64,000 nucleotides of DNA from Callorhinchus milii. Taxonomy: Eukaryota. The stretch is taken from assembly GCF_018977255.1 (NCBI RefSeq), contig NW_024704743.1:54500001-54564000 (forward strand), given 5' to 3'. The notes under the pieces are model-generated. The model was not told where the DNA came from. It ran no database searches and saw only the letters and a list, made by a program, of their open reading frames with translations. The position numbers and the translations under genes are program-made. Below, piece by piece: positions 1 through 14,710 of this stretch; position 1 is the stretch's first letter; every line of letters starts with the position of its first letter.

Positions 1-3000
1 AAAATCACAACTTTATATCATGTAGTCTGGGTAACACATTGAGATAGGGAGAGATGGGATTTGAAAATGGGACCAAACTAATAGACTGTAATGCCTTGCT
101 CTAATGGACTCCTGATGCGATCTAAATGTAAATTTGAATTATATTGTCTTTTCAAAAAACATGCATCCCATGATACTACAGTATTTGAAAAGAGAAGGGA
201 GTTTCTATTGGTGTCCTGACCAACAAGACTGCAGATGAATTGCTGCATGTTTGCCTACAAAAACAGTCACTTGACAGTAATTACTTGTGAAGCACTTAAA
301 ATATGTAAAAATACACATAGACATCTACAAATACATACTGGAGTTACTATATCTTACAGAAAATCCTGTGATGCAGTTTTGTTGACACAATAAAGCATTA
401 TATCAAATGCAAGGATTATTCTGATAAAGTGTGCAAAAATTTAATTCTGTCTTTCATTCAGTGGTTATCTAATATTTTTATATTAAACTAAGAATTATTG
501 ATCCACAGCAACTTGAAATAAAACCATTGTGACCAGTCAATGAATCACATTTTTGTACATCTGCTAAATGTTGTGATTGTCTATCCAATTTTAGTAAAAG
601 TAAGTTTTAATTGATTTTTGCAGCCCACTTAATATCACGCAAAGACTTGTGAGCATTACTAATGTGAAATTATATAGGCCACAAAAATAAATCCCAGTCG
701 CACAATATTGAATATCGATATGTTTCAATAATTTAAACATTGCAAATGTATTCATCTTTAAGATTACGTTTGGAGTGAACACTGAAAATTACTATTTATG
801 TTCATGGAATATGCCTAAATGCTCAACAATTTATTTAAATTTTAGTTAAAATTTAATATCCAATACCCAACAACTGTCACTGTGGGCCAACAGCACGTTA
901 ATCAATTCACATGCACTCATACTGCAGCAGTAAAATTACTCAAACAATAGGTTAATTACTCTAACGTTAACTACTTGAAATGTAAAGCACAATTTTAAAT
1001 GGAAAAAAAGACATTCTATGGCCTTTCTATTATTCATTTTCTCTTCTATCCTATCCTCTTTCTATCCTTCATTATTTTAGCTTTTCTTTTATTCTTTAAG
1101 ATACACTATACATTTATACAGCACCTTTTAAATTGGGTGCATGTCTCAAAGAGCTTAATATACTCTTTCTAACTTTTTAAAAATAGCTTTTATGAGGTTT
1201 AAAATCCGCCACTTTCTTTTTCTGGCTCCTCCCTCCATAATTTCTACCCTGACTGAAAATTATAGTTAAAGGCCAGTTTGAAAGCCAACCCAAAACACAC
1301 ACTTTCAAGATTGATAGATTCTCTTCAGAAGATCTTTGACTGGAAAATCATATCAAAACAACGAAGCTGGTGTGGGTAATGAATAAACTTTTTGATGGCC
1401 TCTGTGTCTCAACATGACTGTGGAAAAGTAAATTTGTCCGTGCCCTTATTGAGGTAATATCGGAAATGATTTAAAGTACCCTATTGGTGACTCAGTAACT
1501 CAGTGGGTCAGCATTGTTTTCCCTCTGTGACCTAGAGTCACAGCCAGTTTAGACCGATTGGATGAAAGTCTTCGTTTATACTGTCTTTTGGGGGCAATTT
1601 GTTCTCAGATTTGCTGACACAAATTTCATTACACGAAGAAGCTGTTTACACCTGTGCTGGGTCATGTCCCTGTTACATCTATATTCTCTAATCCTAGTTG
1701 TTTTTTTTCCATTTTACGTCATCATTTCAGTGTCTATTTCCCCTTTTTAAATCATGCATTGGGTTGGTTTCAATAGCCATTTGTGACAACCTGTTCCACA
1801 TCTTCCAAACACTTCATATGAATGTTGTTTTGTGCACAGGAAAATAATCAATACCTTTAGGTTAAATACAGGAAAAAATCACTCTGCAGGATGAACCTCC
1901 AAGATCGAGAAACATTGTATTTCTTTTTTTACGGTTGATTCTTCTCTGTCCAATTCCTTTTAGCTTATCAGTCAGAAAGAGATAAGTGTGAAGTGACAAA
2001 CACAGGGTCTTACTTTAATATGATGTTGTTTTGCTTTGAGGAACCTTCAGTATGAAATAAAATGTTGCAATAAATTCACTATAATACGTCAGTCATTTCT
2101 GGTTCGTGACTGCTCCTGTAATTTGGTGAAAATACTGATTACGTCGCCAATTTAGATTGTGCACTGAACACTTGCCGCTGACTGGTGTGACAAGAAAATG
2201 ATAAAGTGTACATGTGCATGACAGTTTTGTGTTAAAAATGTGACAATAGATGAGAATTGACAACACAAAGCAACACTCTTGGAGAGAAAAGACTGAGAAA
2301 CTAGTGGATAAAGAATTGAGCATTTAGTAAAAATCAGAGAAGAGATGAGATGCTAATGTGAAGACAAAAATAGGAATTCTTTTTCATGGCCTACTCTTTT
2401 TCTGCAACCTTTATTTGGGGGATTGTTGATGTCCAGGACAACAATCCCCAAAATAAAATCATTCACTTCATTTGGGACATTGCTGTGTAAATTGGTTGCT
2501 GAGTTCACCAATAATACACACAGTCACTGCACTTTAAAATATATCATGTGAAGCGCTTTCAGATACTTCCCAGCCCTATATGAAACACATTACTAAATGT
2601 AAATATTTCTTTCCAAATACTTATCCAATTCACTTTGACCAGCATTACTTCACAATTCAACAGTTAACATTCCAGTAACATTCGTAAAGTTGCCCCAAAT
2701 GTTTCTCTTTCTTTGCAATTTTTTTNCTCAATAATGTTCCACTTCGTATCTGTAGTTTGTTTTGGGTTTCTCAAGTTATTTAACTGAAATTATGTTTTAT
2801 TTGCACTTTACCATCAGGTTCAGCCTGTTACATCTGGTAAGTAAAAGATCAGTATATTCCAGCATTTGTGCTTGTTCAATGCAATTTTCATGTTCACACA
2901 CTCGGCAGCATAAGTGCAGTTTTAGGAACAAGGGTCAGGATAAGAGAAGCTTTTAGTATCTCACAATATTTTATTCTAAAGTGACAGATTTATAACAACA

Positions 3001-3167
3001 GGTTAAGTTACATTTATAATATGCGTATAGCTAATCAGAACCTTTTTTAACTAGTCGGCCAGCTGGCACACGATAATGATTATCCCAGAGCGATTCGGCT
3101 GAAAGCAGTTTATTAGAGTAGAGATCAGAACTTGTGTCCTGACACGTTGTGTGTATATCAAAAGTAA

Positions 3168-4990
3168 CAATCATAACTTGGATTTATATAGTGCCCTCCA
3201 TGCCAGACAGCGTCTCAGAGCGCTTCACAGTAATGAATTCTGGGCCGAGCTAGGGGGAGAGGGAGGAAGGTGACCAAAGACACGGTCGAAAAGAAAGGTC
3301 TTCAGCAGAAACCTGAAAATAGGAAGAGAGGGGGCGAGGAGAAGGGAGTGAAGAAGGGAGTTCCAGAGCCTCGGGGTGTATTGGCTGAAAGCATGGCCAC
3401 CGAGGGTGGAGCGGAGGACTCGGGGGACAAGGATGAGGCCAGTCCTGGTGGAACGAAGGCAACGGGCACTGTTTTGAGAAGAGAGGAGGTCAGAGAGGTA
3501 GGGGAGTGCGGAGGAGTGGAGGGATTTGAAGACAAGCGTGAGGCTCTTGAAGTCGATCCTCTCTGGGACAGGCAGCCAGTGCAGTCTGGCAAGGACTGGG
3601 GTTATCGGGGAGCGGAGTTTGGTGCGGGTGAGAATGCGGGCGGCAGAGTTTTCTATAACCTGGATGTTATGGATGGTTTTGGAGGGGAGGCCAGCGAGGA
3701 GGCCATTTGAATAGTCCAGCCGAGAGGTGACAAAGGCATGGACCAGGGTTTCAGTGGCTTTCGGAGAGAGGTATTGGCATAGATGGGCGATGCGTCGGAC
3801 GTGGAAGAAAGCGGTGCTGGTGACGGACCAGATGTGGGGGAGGAAAGATAATTGGGGGTTGAACCTGACGCCTAGATTGCGTATGGGTTCGGAGAGTTTT
3901 AAGGGGAGGTTGAGATCCATGAGATTTTAGACGTTGATGAGAGCCAAAGAGTATGGCTTCCATCTTGTCAATGTTCAGCTGAAGGAAATTTGCCCTCATC
4001 CAGCTCCTGAGGTCTGACAGGCAGGCTGACAGAACATCAGGGGATTGGAGGTGGAAAAATAGAGTTGGGTATCATCTGCATACATGTGGAAGTGTACCCC
4101 ATGTCTGCGGATGACATCCCCAAGAGAGAGCATGTAGATCAGAAAGAGGAGGGGGCCAAGGATGGATCCTTGGTGTACCCCGCAGGTAACCGGGTGAGAG
4201 CAGGAGGAGAAGCTGTTTGTACTGCTGGCGATTTGTGTGATAAGACTCGAACCAGGCGAGTGAGGTCCATTGAGGTGGATGACAGAGGAAAGGCGGTGGA
4301 GGAGGATGGCGTGATCGACTGTGTCGAACACGGCGGAGAGGTCCAGGAGGACAAGGAGGCAGAGGGAGCCCTGATCACAGATAGAGAGGATGTCATTTGT
4401 GACTTTCACAAGCTCTCTGTGCTGTGGGCAGGGCGGAAACCGGACTGGAGGGGTTCGAAGAGGGAATGGGAGGAGAGGTGTGCGTGGAGTTGATTTGCAA
4501 CAACGCATTCTAGGACTTTTGCGAGGAAGGGCAGGTTAGAAATAGGGAGGTGTGGCTGGCGTTTGAGGGATCCAGGGAAGGTTTTTTGAGGAAGGGGGTG
4601 ATGGCAGCAGTTTTGAGGGGGGCAGGGACTGATCCGGAGGAGAGGGACTGGTAAATGACACCAGCCAGAGGAAGGGGAGCTGGGTTACCAGCAAGTTGAT
4701 GGGGAGGGGGTCGAGGCAGCAGGTGGTGGGTTTCATTGCAGTGATGGTGGGTGACAGGGAGGAGGGAGAAATGGGAAGGAAGGAATTTAGGATGGGGGTC
4801 GTGGTAGGAGCAGATGATAGGGAAGCTGAGGAGGACAGAGAGGGCGTGGTAGTGGATGACAAGTGGCAGGTGAATGAGGCTGCCTGGCGGATGTTGTGTA
4901 TTTTAGATGAAAAAAGTCCATGACCTCCTCGCACTTGGCATTGGATGTGAAGATTGAGGAGTCCTGAGAGGGGGCACGGAGGAGGTAGTG
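3168..4990 (-). mobile_element. L2 (LINE2) fragment, 5'-truncated, frameshifted RT ORF2
   Basis: [58 protein letters not shown]; 3' tail with (GTT)-like repeat. Confidence 0.9.
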
Positions 4991-5159
4991 GGTGTTTGTA
5001 AATATGTTTTGATCTGTGTGATTTTTGCAGAAACCCATACCCATGCTTAAGAAAACCCAATACAGACTGAAAATTCTCCATATGTATGCCACCTACACGT
5101 GGAGTTTGCTGTGTGTTTGAAATGAAATGGACGCACCTTAGTTTACCCAATCCCAGAGA

Positions 5160-5350
5160 CACTCACCCTCTCACACCTTCTCTCCCCTCTCTCATTCTCT
5201 CTCATTCATTCTCGCACTCTGCTCTCCTCCTCTCTCCCCCCTCTCACTCTCTTGTCCCTCTCTCTACCCCCCTCTCTCAATCCATCTCTTTCCACCACAC
5301 CTCCCATCTCCCACCCCTCCCCCTCTCCCCCTCTTTCAATCCCTCTCTTT
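5160..5350. repeat. CT-rich low-complexity tract
   Basis: Polypyrimidine (CT)n-like. Confidence 0.85.
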
Positions 5351-5351
5351 C

Positions 5352-5645
5352 AAAATCAACTGCATGGTTCACTATCTGCAGTGACAGGAACCAGCGCTTG
5401 CTAAGGAAGCTGTGAGTAAGGAGATGCACTTGCTTACCCTTCAGCTCGAGTACAGACTGCAACAATGGCCAGCATTATTTCAAATCTCCACGCTGCGTCC
5501 TCCCAACCCCAGGCTCCTGCTGCTGACCTGGGAAGATGTTCACCAGGGAGGGAGTGAAAGTTGGAATGTTGGAAATGGTCTCGGGCCAAATAAAATCACC
5601 TGCTGGGCCAGATGTGGCCCATGGGCCACCTGTTGGACCACACTG
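5352..5645. mobile_element. hAT/Charlie-like non-autonomous element end (related copies 37257-37544 and about 38927-38957)
   Basis: gggcc.gat.tggccc..gggcc.cctgttggaccacactg terminus followed by an NTCTAGNN site; preceded by a CT-rich tract in two copies. Confidence 0.65.
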
Positions 5646-6146
5646 GTCTAGGCTGATACTCCATTACAGCGTTGGGGGTGTGTTTCATTGTTGGAGATGC
5701 CATTCAGATGAATGTTAAAGCAAGGCCTTGTCTGCCTGTTCAAATGGGCGTTAAAAATCCCATGGTGCTATTCAAAAAGATAAGGTACTTTCTCCAAGTG
5801 TTCTGGCCAACAATCCCTTGAATAACATTTGTCACTCACTTCATTGCTGTTTGTGGAATATTGTTATGTGCAACAACTGCTGCATTTGGACCACAAAATA
5901 CACAGTCAATCCACTTTACAGTAGATCCTGTGAATCACTTTGAGACATCTCGACGACGTGATAAGGCATGTTATCAAATACAAGGATTATGACTGATATG
6001 TGCTGTTGAAGGGATGTCAGAAGAAGTCTTGTATCTCATCTAAGAAGCCAGTCTTCATGTGTGACCTTAGAGAGTAAGCGATGATAGGTTATTCCACTAT
6101 GGAAAGCAAAGCCAAATATGATACTTTTCAACCGCAGTGCCCCCAT

Positions 6147-7450
6147 CAACAACAACAACAACAACAAGATTCCATTTATAAAGCGCCTTTCACGTCAGGA
6201 GGACGTCCCAAGGCACTGCACAGTTGGGTCATGACCCGAGCAGGGGAGAAATGGTAGGGTGAGGGGAGGGGAGGGAGCGAGGAGGGGGGAAATGGTCAGG
6301 GTGAGGGGAGGGATGGGAGGGAGCGAGAAGTGGGAAGAGAGTCGAGAGGGGAGCTGAAGGCTCGGTCAAAGAGAAAGGTTTTGAGACCGGCCTTGAAGGA
6401 GGAGAGGGAGGAAGCGGCGAAGGCACTGGGGGATAGAGTTCCAGAGCCTCGGGGCTGAGAGGCTGAAGGCCCGACCACCAATGGTAGGGCGATTGGGGCG
6501 GGGGACGTGGAGCAGACCGGAGCCAGAGGAACGGAGGGTACGGGCAGGTAGGTAGGGGGATAGTAGGTTGGAGAGGTAGGAGGGCGCAAGGCCGTGAATG
6601 GCCTTGTAGGTGAGGATGAGGATCTTGAAATCAATCCTCTGGGGGATGGGGAGCCAGTGGAGGCGAGTGAGGGTGGGAGTGATGTGGTCCCGAAGCCTGG
6701 TGCGGGACAGTACACGAGCTGCAGAGTTCTGAATGACCTGCAGCTTGTGGAGGGAGGTGCTGGGAAGGCCGGCGAGGAGAGAGTTCCCATAGTCCAGCCT
6801 TGAGGTGACAAAGGCGTGGACCAGGGTTTCAGCAGCATGAGGGGTGAGGTAATGGCGTAGTCTGGCGATGTTCCGGAGGTGATGGAAGGCGGTGCCAGTT
6901 GTGGTGCGGATGTGAGGGAGAAAGGACAGTTCAGGGTCGAACAAAACGCCGAGGTTCCTGACTGGCTTTGAGAGGTGGAGAGTGCAGCCTTGGATGCTGA
7001 TGGTGTCGGCGCCTGAGGTGCGGAGGCGCTGACGCGAACCAATCAGGAGGGCCTCGGTTTTTCGCACGTTGAGCTGAAGAAAGTTGTCTCTCGTCCAGGA
7101 CTCGATGTCGGACAGGCAGCTGTCAGGACATCGGTGGTCGTGGAGTTGAGAGTAGAGGAGGAAAGGTAGAGTTGGGTGTCATCCGCATACATGTGGAAGT
7201 TAACTCCATGTCTGCGGATGATGTCACCAAGGGGGAGCATATAGAGGGTGAAGAGGAGGGGACCGAGGACAGAGCCCTGAGGGACTCCACATGAGACAGT
7301 ACGGGGGGTGGAGGAGAAGCCATTTGTCGAGACAAAGTGAAGACGGTGAGAAAGGTACGACCTAAACCACTGAAGGACAGTGCCTTGAAGGTTGAGGTGG
7401 GAGGACAAGCGGTGGAGTAGGATAGCGTGGTCGACCGTATCGAATGCTGC
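6147..7450 (-). mobile_element. L2 fragment, relatively young, (GTT)n tail
   Basis: [32 protein letters not shown]; 3' stem-loop ACGTC-ctcct-GACGT and (CAA)n on the plus strand. Confidence 0.92.
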
Positions 7451-9559
7451 CATCCCCCCTACGTGCATAGTATGTGATTGGTGGGTAAGTGGATAAGAAT
7501 CAGAGTGGAAACACTGGTTGAAGGGTGCTGAGGCCAATTGGAGTAGGTATATTCACTTAGTTATGAGCAACAAAGTCAGCATTAACCGGACATTGACCCT
7601 AATGCTTCTTGGAGCCATTAGAAGAAACCATTATGGGTGAAATTTGTGGTGACTCACAATGCAGTCGATATGATAATATCACACACTTTATGAAACACTA
7701 TCACCACAACAATATAAATTTATGTAGCACCAATACAGATGAGACACAGATGTGGAGGGAGTTCAATAGGATAGGAACCTTAGGATGGGACCTCAGTTTA
7801 ATATCTCATCTGAAGGAAGGCACCTTCAACAATTCACACACCCAGTGCTGCATTGGAGTGGCAGTCTGGCTATATCAACTCAAAATTCCAAAATGCAGCT
7901 TGAACAACAACTACACAAACAGCAACAAATTGCCTTTCATGTCAGGAGGATGTCCCAAGATGCTGAACACATAACCTCCTGATTCAGAGGTGAAAAAGTT
8001 ACCAGCAAAGCCAGACTAACAATGAAAATAATAATCCTTTCGTTTCACATCCCTGATATTTTTCTGTGAAGTTAAGTAATTGTGTATTTGTCGGTGAACA
8101 CAGCAGACAATTTGTAACACAATATCGGTAATATCTCACAAACAGATATGAATAATGAAAATAAATAATAGTTCTTGCATTTAATATTTGATATCAGGAA
8201 GAAGTCTCAAAGTTTTTCACAGAATTTACCGTGAAGTGTAGTGACTGTATTTTGTGAAGTGAAATGATCAATTTTCTATCCAGAGAATCATTCATTAGGA
8301 CACCAGGTTAATTCCCTTCTTTTGTCGAGTATTGCCATTGGATCTTTAATGTCCACCTGAACAGGAAGACGGGTCCTCAGTTTAATGTCTCATCTGAAGG
8401 ATTCTCTGACAGTCAGAGTTTAATCCATCACAAAACTGCAAATTCAATTACTATTACTGTTCCTCAGTTGTTACAAGAGATTCATCTTTTTTGACATTTT
8501 GAAACTTCCATTAGTTTGTTCAAAGCTTATTTCTTAAAAAATATGCGTATGTATGTATAATGTATACATATATTCATAAAAAAGGGCTAACATAAGGTAG
8601 ATTGCAACTAATGTAGATAACTGTAATTTACATTTAGGAAGAGGCAGCAATAAACTTACACTATGAAGGGATAGCTTTAGGAGGCAGGTTTGCCCTCAGT
8701 TTCATGCCTTAAGTGAAGGATGGCGCCTCCAACACACAGCACTGCAATGGAGCACTAACTTAGATAGTGATTTTTTCATTCTGTGCTTTCATATGTTTGG
8801 GACTTTGACTGGAGGTTAGGGGGTGGAGGAAGGTCACACCATGGCCAGTCTTTATAGTTAACAACTTGTCTTGTTGGCTGAATTTATCAACAAAACGATA
8901 ATTGTTACTAGTGATAAATGCACATTACATATTGAAATTTTTACCCCCTCATTTTTGCTTTCTTGGCCAGGTTCTTATCAACATGAACAATAACAACAAC
9001 GTGTTCTTGCATAGTCCATTCAGGCAGAGCACTTTTCCCGAGCTGAGCTGGCAAGTGATGAGGCAGGGAGGAAGTTTCCCAAGTTCCAGTTTGGGAAGCC
9101 ATAATTTTTTAAGTGGGTTTTGAAAGCAGAGAGAAATAGGACGAGGCAGAGGGATTCTGGAAGAGACTTCAAGAGAGCGGGGGCAAAGTGGCTCTAAGCT
9201 TGCCATCGATGGTGGGGAAATGTGAGTAGGGTACATAAAGGAGGAAGTCAGAAATGACAGAGCAGAAGAGAGGAGAGCTGTGGAGTAGGATTGTACGAGA
9301 TCTTCCCAAGATCTCCCTTTCATATGACACTTTCAATATTGATTTGATGCAATTTGCACATTGAAATAATCCTAAAGTTGTAGTTTGAATCTCATGTAAG
9401 AGCATCACTATGATGGTGAGCCATGGTCTCAAAAGTGTCCCCTGAAAGTGGTTTGGGAATAAAATCAGTGCAGGCTGCTGCAGTGTAAATTGTGTGTTAT
9501 TGCAGACAATTCCAAACAAACGTCAAACTTAAGTTTGAAGTTTCAATTTTAAAGTTACA

Positions 9560-9900
9560 TTTTCTTGGGTGGCCCATTAGACCAGGCTAAGGGGTTAGTA
9601 GTTGCTAAGTATGGTTCTGTCACTCTTCTTGAATGTGGAAACTGCATTTATTGGAACCTCCCCAGTGGTGATTGACTCCCTCATATAGTTTGTCAGTGCT
9701 GCACAAATCTCCTGCATTGCCTCTTTAAGTACCTGTGATGCAATTCATCCTTTCCAGGGAATTTGTTGGTTTTCAGCCTTGTAAATCTATCTAGAACCAC
9801 AGTCTGACTTATGTCAAAGTCTTGGAGCTCAAGTGATGTTATCTGAATGTGGGGAGTATGTTTTAGTCCCTCCATGAGCACTAAAAACCTCCCAGCAATG
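9560..9900 (-). mobile_element. Degenerate CR1 internal fragment
   Basis: LKTNKFPGKDELHHRYLK followed by a degenerate W..AN..P..KK..NY.PLSL segment. Confidence 0.55.
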
Positions 9901-11797
9901 CTCAAGGATGTTAAAGTACAAAGATAAGCTTTTCACCCTTATATCACTTACATAGAATGATACAGCATGGAAACAGGTCATTTGACTCAAATAGTCTGTG
10001 ACAGTGTTTATATTCCACAAGTGCCTCCTCCCCTCGTTTTCCCTCTATTCCCTTCTCCCTCATGGATGTATCAAGTTTCCTCTAGATTACAAAGTTTCAA
10101 TTCTTTGACTTAATGCAGCCCCTACTGTTGCAATATAGCTTAATGATGCGTGGGTGTGAGGAAATGATTTCCAACAAATCAATGTCAATCAATTCCTATA
10201 GAAAAGAATGGGATACGTATTCGCTTGGGAACAGTTCTGAAGGATATGTGCGGATAGAGGTGATCAAACACTCCACAGGACATAATGATTTCTGTGGTTT
10301 GGGAGAGTGGAATGCTATCTGTGGAGAGAAGTAGGACAGGTTTAAATAGTGAGTGAAGCGAGGATAAATATAATGGCGTTTGTACGTCTTTACCTTTGGA
10401 ACGTTCAACAACAATAACAACAATTTGCAGTTATACAGTGCCCCACATACAGGGTAGCATCCCGGAGTGCTTAAACCCAGGAGATAGAGCGAATGGTGTG
10501 AAAGGAAAGGTTTTGGGTGGTATGTGGAATGAATGGCCACTAATGGAACAAGCAGTCTTTATTTTGTTCTCTGTTTTCCTTTATATGGCAACTTATAATA
10601 CAAATGATTCAGAACTGAGGTCTATTCATTCACTTTCCACAACATATGTTTAATAGGAAATAGGAACAAGGATTAAGGAAAGATGCACTTGACTGTGTGA
10701 CCTTTGTCCACAAGTCAGTTTCTACAGGACAAGATAACATTTTCTAACTTTGCTCAGTGATTTTTAAAAACACAAATGGTGAGAATCCCCTGACAAAAAA
10801 TTATCACAGACTGACACAACAAAATAATATGCAGCGAGCTCCCACAAAGTCACCATGAACAAATACAACAATGGTTTTGTAATCTATTATTTTCAGTTTG
10901 TCGGGATTGGGGCAGATAAAAGCTGCATGGTTTTCCATCATTCAACGTGAGGTGTAAAGAGCAACTGTTCAAGAGAAATTACGAAGCAAGTAGAATCTGA
11001 TGCTACTGCTTCAGCTCATCGACCGACTTGTAAAAGTGGCAGAATTCATGTATCTTTTCATAAGCATGTTACTGGAGAAAAATGCCCAGCGTAATTGACT
11101 AAAATGTAAAATGTTGTCAGAGGGCTCCTACCATTGCCCATAATTCTTGCAGTTTAACATCTCTCACGAAGGATACCACCTCAGCTAATGCTAATTTCAG
11201 CGCCTTGGGACGTCCTTCCAGAGTGAAAGACACTATATAAATGTAATTTTGTTGCTGTTGTCTCTCCTGCATTGGAAACTATAAACATTAGAAAATCCAG
11301 ACAAATTTAGCAGGATAGTTTAGTTTAACTTAACCCTCTGATACTGTTTGTAGAAAATGCATTGAAAGGCATAGTTTTTGCACCAAAATAAAATGGTAAA
11401 ACATCTTTCTGCCATAACTGGTAATGAAATTTAATTCTACAATTTCCATTACTATCAAAAAAGATTATTGAGTTGGCTATTTTGATAAATTCAAAGTATC
11501 TATTGCATAATTTATGAAAACAAATAAATATCTTCGACACACTTTAGTGGTTTAAGAGCGCAACCTAGTGGTAACTAGGGGCAACTGCAAGAAAACAATA
11601 GCTGCAAGAAAATATAATAATAATCCTTGCATTTGATATAGAGCTTTATCAGTTTTGACTAGACATATCAAAGAACATTATAGCATTTTTACTGTGAAGT
11701 GCAGTGACTGTGTAGACAAACATAACAATATCCCACAAACAGCCATGAAGTGATTGTGGGATTGTTAGCCAGGCCACCAATATAAACTCCCTAATAT

Positions 11798-11896
11798 AAA
11801 AACAGAAATCACTGCGAACACTCAGCAGAGTCAGGCAGCATCTATGGAGAGAGGAAAGTGAGTTAATGTTTCAGGTGGATGACCTTTCGTCAGAAG
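11798..11896 (-). mobile_element. Penelope-like relic with hammerhead motif
   Basis: Minus strand: tt CTGACGA a AGGT catcc ACCT GAAA ca TT aact, then the shared body. Confidence 0.65.
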
Positions 11897-14441
11897 TGAA
11901 ACTCCCTCCTAATTTTTAATTTGCTGTATTATCAATGTCCTGAACAGGCAGACAGGACCTCTGTTTTAATGTCTCATCCAAAAAATGACATCCTGGACAA
12001 TGCAGTGCTCCCCATCACTACTTTGGAGTGTAAACCCAAACTGTCAGCTGAATCTTCCAATGTGGGGCTTGAACTCACAACTTTTGCAACACTGAGTGCA
12101 ACCAAATGAGCCAGGCTGATACGCCTGATTAAGAGCAACAGATTTACTTATAATAAGTGTGATATTGATTGAAACAAAAATTAAGATGTATTTTTACTTT
12201 GACACAAGCTTAATTATTAACACTTTGAGGGTAGAATGTTCTTAAAAAATCTTATTCTCAAATGGTGTTTCAGTTACACTGATTCTCAGCTTTGAATCAA
12301 AATGAGCTTTCACTTTAAGAAAGAATTGCAATTTCACCGTGATCTGCTTGTTCCAATTTCCAAGGAGGGAGTGATCAACTGATAGCTGGCATCAAGTAAG
12401 TACAGATATTGAACTGCTAAAAGGGAGATTGCAGGTTTAGTATTTTCATATGGATTTTGTTGGCCTTGTTAAGCATCTGAGTGAAAACCTGAACCTGCAC
12501 ACAATTTGCTATTCACACAATCAATTACAGGTATAACCATCATGTTACTCTATACCTGATATGAAAGTAAGGGGAGAGGTGCCAGCTACATTAATACTGG
12601 CTTGCTGAGCAGCTTTGACTTTAAAATGAGAAGGAACTTTCTGCAAAAACAACTGTGGTTTTGCTGACTTGAGCCCAGCTCCAAAATCCTGCAACAAATT
12701 GAATTATGTCCCAAATCAGCACTTTGAACTCACAGTGCAATGCTAGGGGAGTGTTGCATTGTCAGAGTCCCCTCCTTTGGGCAAGACGCTAAACAGAGGT
12801 CATATTCACTTGTTCAGGTGGATGTTAAAATTCCTAAGTGATTTGGGAAGAATTTAATGTTCCAGCAAACTTGGGGCAATCTGAAACTGTTGGAAAGCTC
12901 ACACATTTGGACATTATAAATGGGCAATGACAAATCTGATCCTTTACAGTAGGGTCCAATTTGTACTTTTTTTTACCAGATTTCTTAAAATGAAATACAG
13001 TGTTGGAAGTCCAGTTCCTGAGCTGGGTTAGTCCACAGTATTTCAGAACACTGCTGATGACAGGACAGCCAGCCCGAGGGCAGAGATTCTTCCCACTGAC
13101 TTCTGTTAAGCCTGAAAGCCTAATGTATAGGGTCCTCAACTGGACGAGCAGATAGAAGCTTGCCAGATTGTTTTCAATGTGGTCTAGGTATCATGCAAGG
13201 AATTCTCAGCCTGAGTTGGATGCTCCTAAGCATGGTGATAGGTTTTTGCATATGTTACAGACCCAGCTGACCCAAAGAGAGAAATGTATAATTATCAAAT
13301 TTCTAAAACATTGATTGTTCTGAAATTATAGATTTTGAAAAATATTATCTAAATATTAACGTGAAGATTTGTGCCATATTTACTAAAGCCTGTCCATTGC
13401 TGCATGAAACAGTTAATGCTGATAGCACATGGAACATACTCACTTAAGTGGGTTCAATAACTCTTCAAAGGATAGAATTCAATTCCTCCAAGCCAACCAG
13501 TAACTGCTCTAATCACGACAGGTCATGAGAAGACTTTTACCAAACATTTATTGCAGGTTTAAGAAGAATCGATAATAAACAATAAGAATTTTATTGCAGA
13601 AATACTAAGCAACTTGCTTTGCAATAAACACTCTTGATGGGATCCTGATAACAATTGATGTTATTGTGTTCCAGAAGAACAAAGCGAAGCAAAGTCCATG
13701 AGGACAGATTGACAACCATATCAGTACATGTTTTTTTTGCACATGGTGGATGCATCTTTTCCATTGAGTGTTGAGTTACCTTTGATCTTCAATCAGAATC
13801 CATATTATTTATTACAAGATATTCATGAAATGAAATTAAATTCAGAGGTCCATTTACAAAATGTCTATAGATACTAAAATTGCAAGAGTTTGAATGAAAC
13901 AATTGATATTTGTTTGGTATGAATGATATCAAACTTATCCGTTTCTCTCCTTTTATAAACATGTTATTATTTACTATTATATTTTATTATTAGCTGCTTT
14001 CTATTGGTTTCCTTTCTCTCTGAAGAGAAATTGAAGGATTCAATTCAATTCAGGAATTCAATTCCTCCATCAGAAATATTTGATGGAGGTGACACTGTCA
14101 AGCACATTGTGTGACACTGGCTGAAGGCAGATATGTGGGGAATATTTGAAAATGAATATATAAGGTTCCAGGGAAAGAGAAGGGAATTGTGATTGGAGTG
14201 ATTATTTCCATTTGAGGAGCTAGCATCACCATAGGTTTGATATATCTTATGAGCTCTTCTTCTGCAATTTCTTTCATTGTATATACTTGATATTTGCATG
14301 GTTTAAAAAGAAAGCTTGATGAATTAACTTGTGCTGTGTCAGAATCCTGGCTGACTCCAAAATAAAGATTGTAGATTATATGATGGAAGGAAGGCTGTGG
14401 AGTGAGCGAGAACATCAGCATTCTTCCATTTGTAAGTGCAT

Positions 14442-14486
14442 TTTATTATCCAGCCAATATTTAACTTTTGATTTGGAGGGTTTATT
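14442..14486 (-). promoter_or_regulatory. Candidate polyadenylation signals (AATAAA at 14481-14486 and 14442-14447)
   Basis: Two AATAAA hexamers shortly after the stop codon on the coding strand; AT-rich context, so they could be chance. Confidence 0.35.
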
Positions 14487-14512
14487 TTAGTACTTTAAAT
14501 AAATATATCATT

Positions 14513-14710
14513 CTATTGAATGACCTGTGCATTTACTAGGTTATAATAAGCTTTGCGCTTTGCCATTAGCTGCTCGTGCGTGCCTGATTCTAATACTTTT
14601 CCATTGTTAATAACAGTGATGACATCTGCATTCTGCACTGTTGTCAGGCGATGAGCTATCACCACGCATGTCCTCCCCTCCCTTGCTTGGTCCAGAGCTT
14701 CTTGAACAAT
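14513..14710 (-). CDS. ABCB5: ABCB5 last coding exon w25, 198 nt including TAG
   Basis: [29 protein letters not shown]...[23 protein letters not shown]. Confidence 0.96.
   Translation of the reverse strand: MVQEALDQAREGRTCVVIAHRLTTVQNADVITVINNGKVLESGTHEQLMAKRKAYYNLVNAQVIQ

Noticed and set aside
1..14400. Second host gene downstream of ABCB5
   Set aside because: No recognisable exons; the ORFs are TE frames or short random frames.
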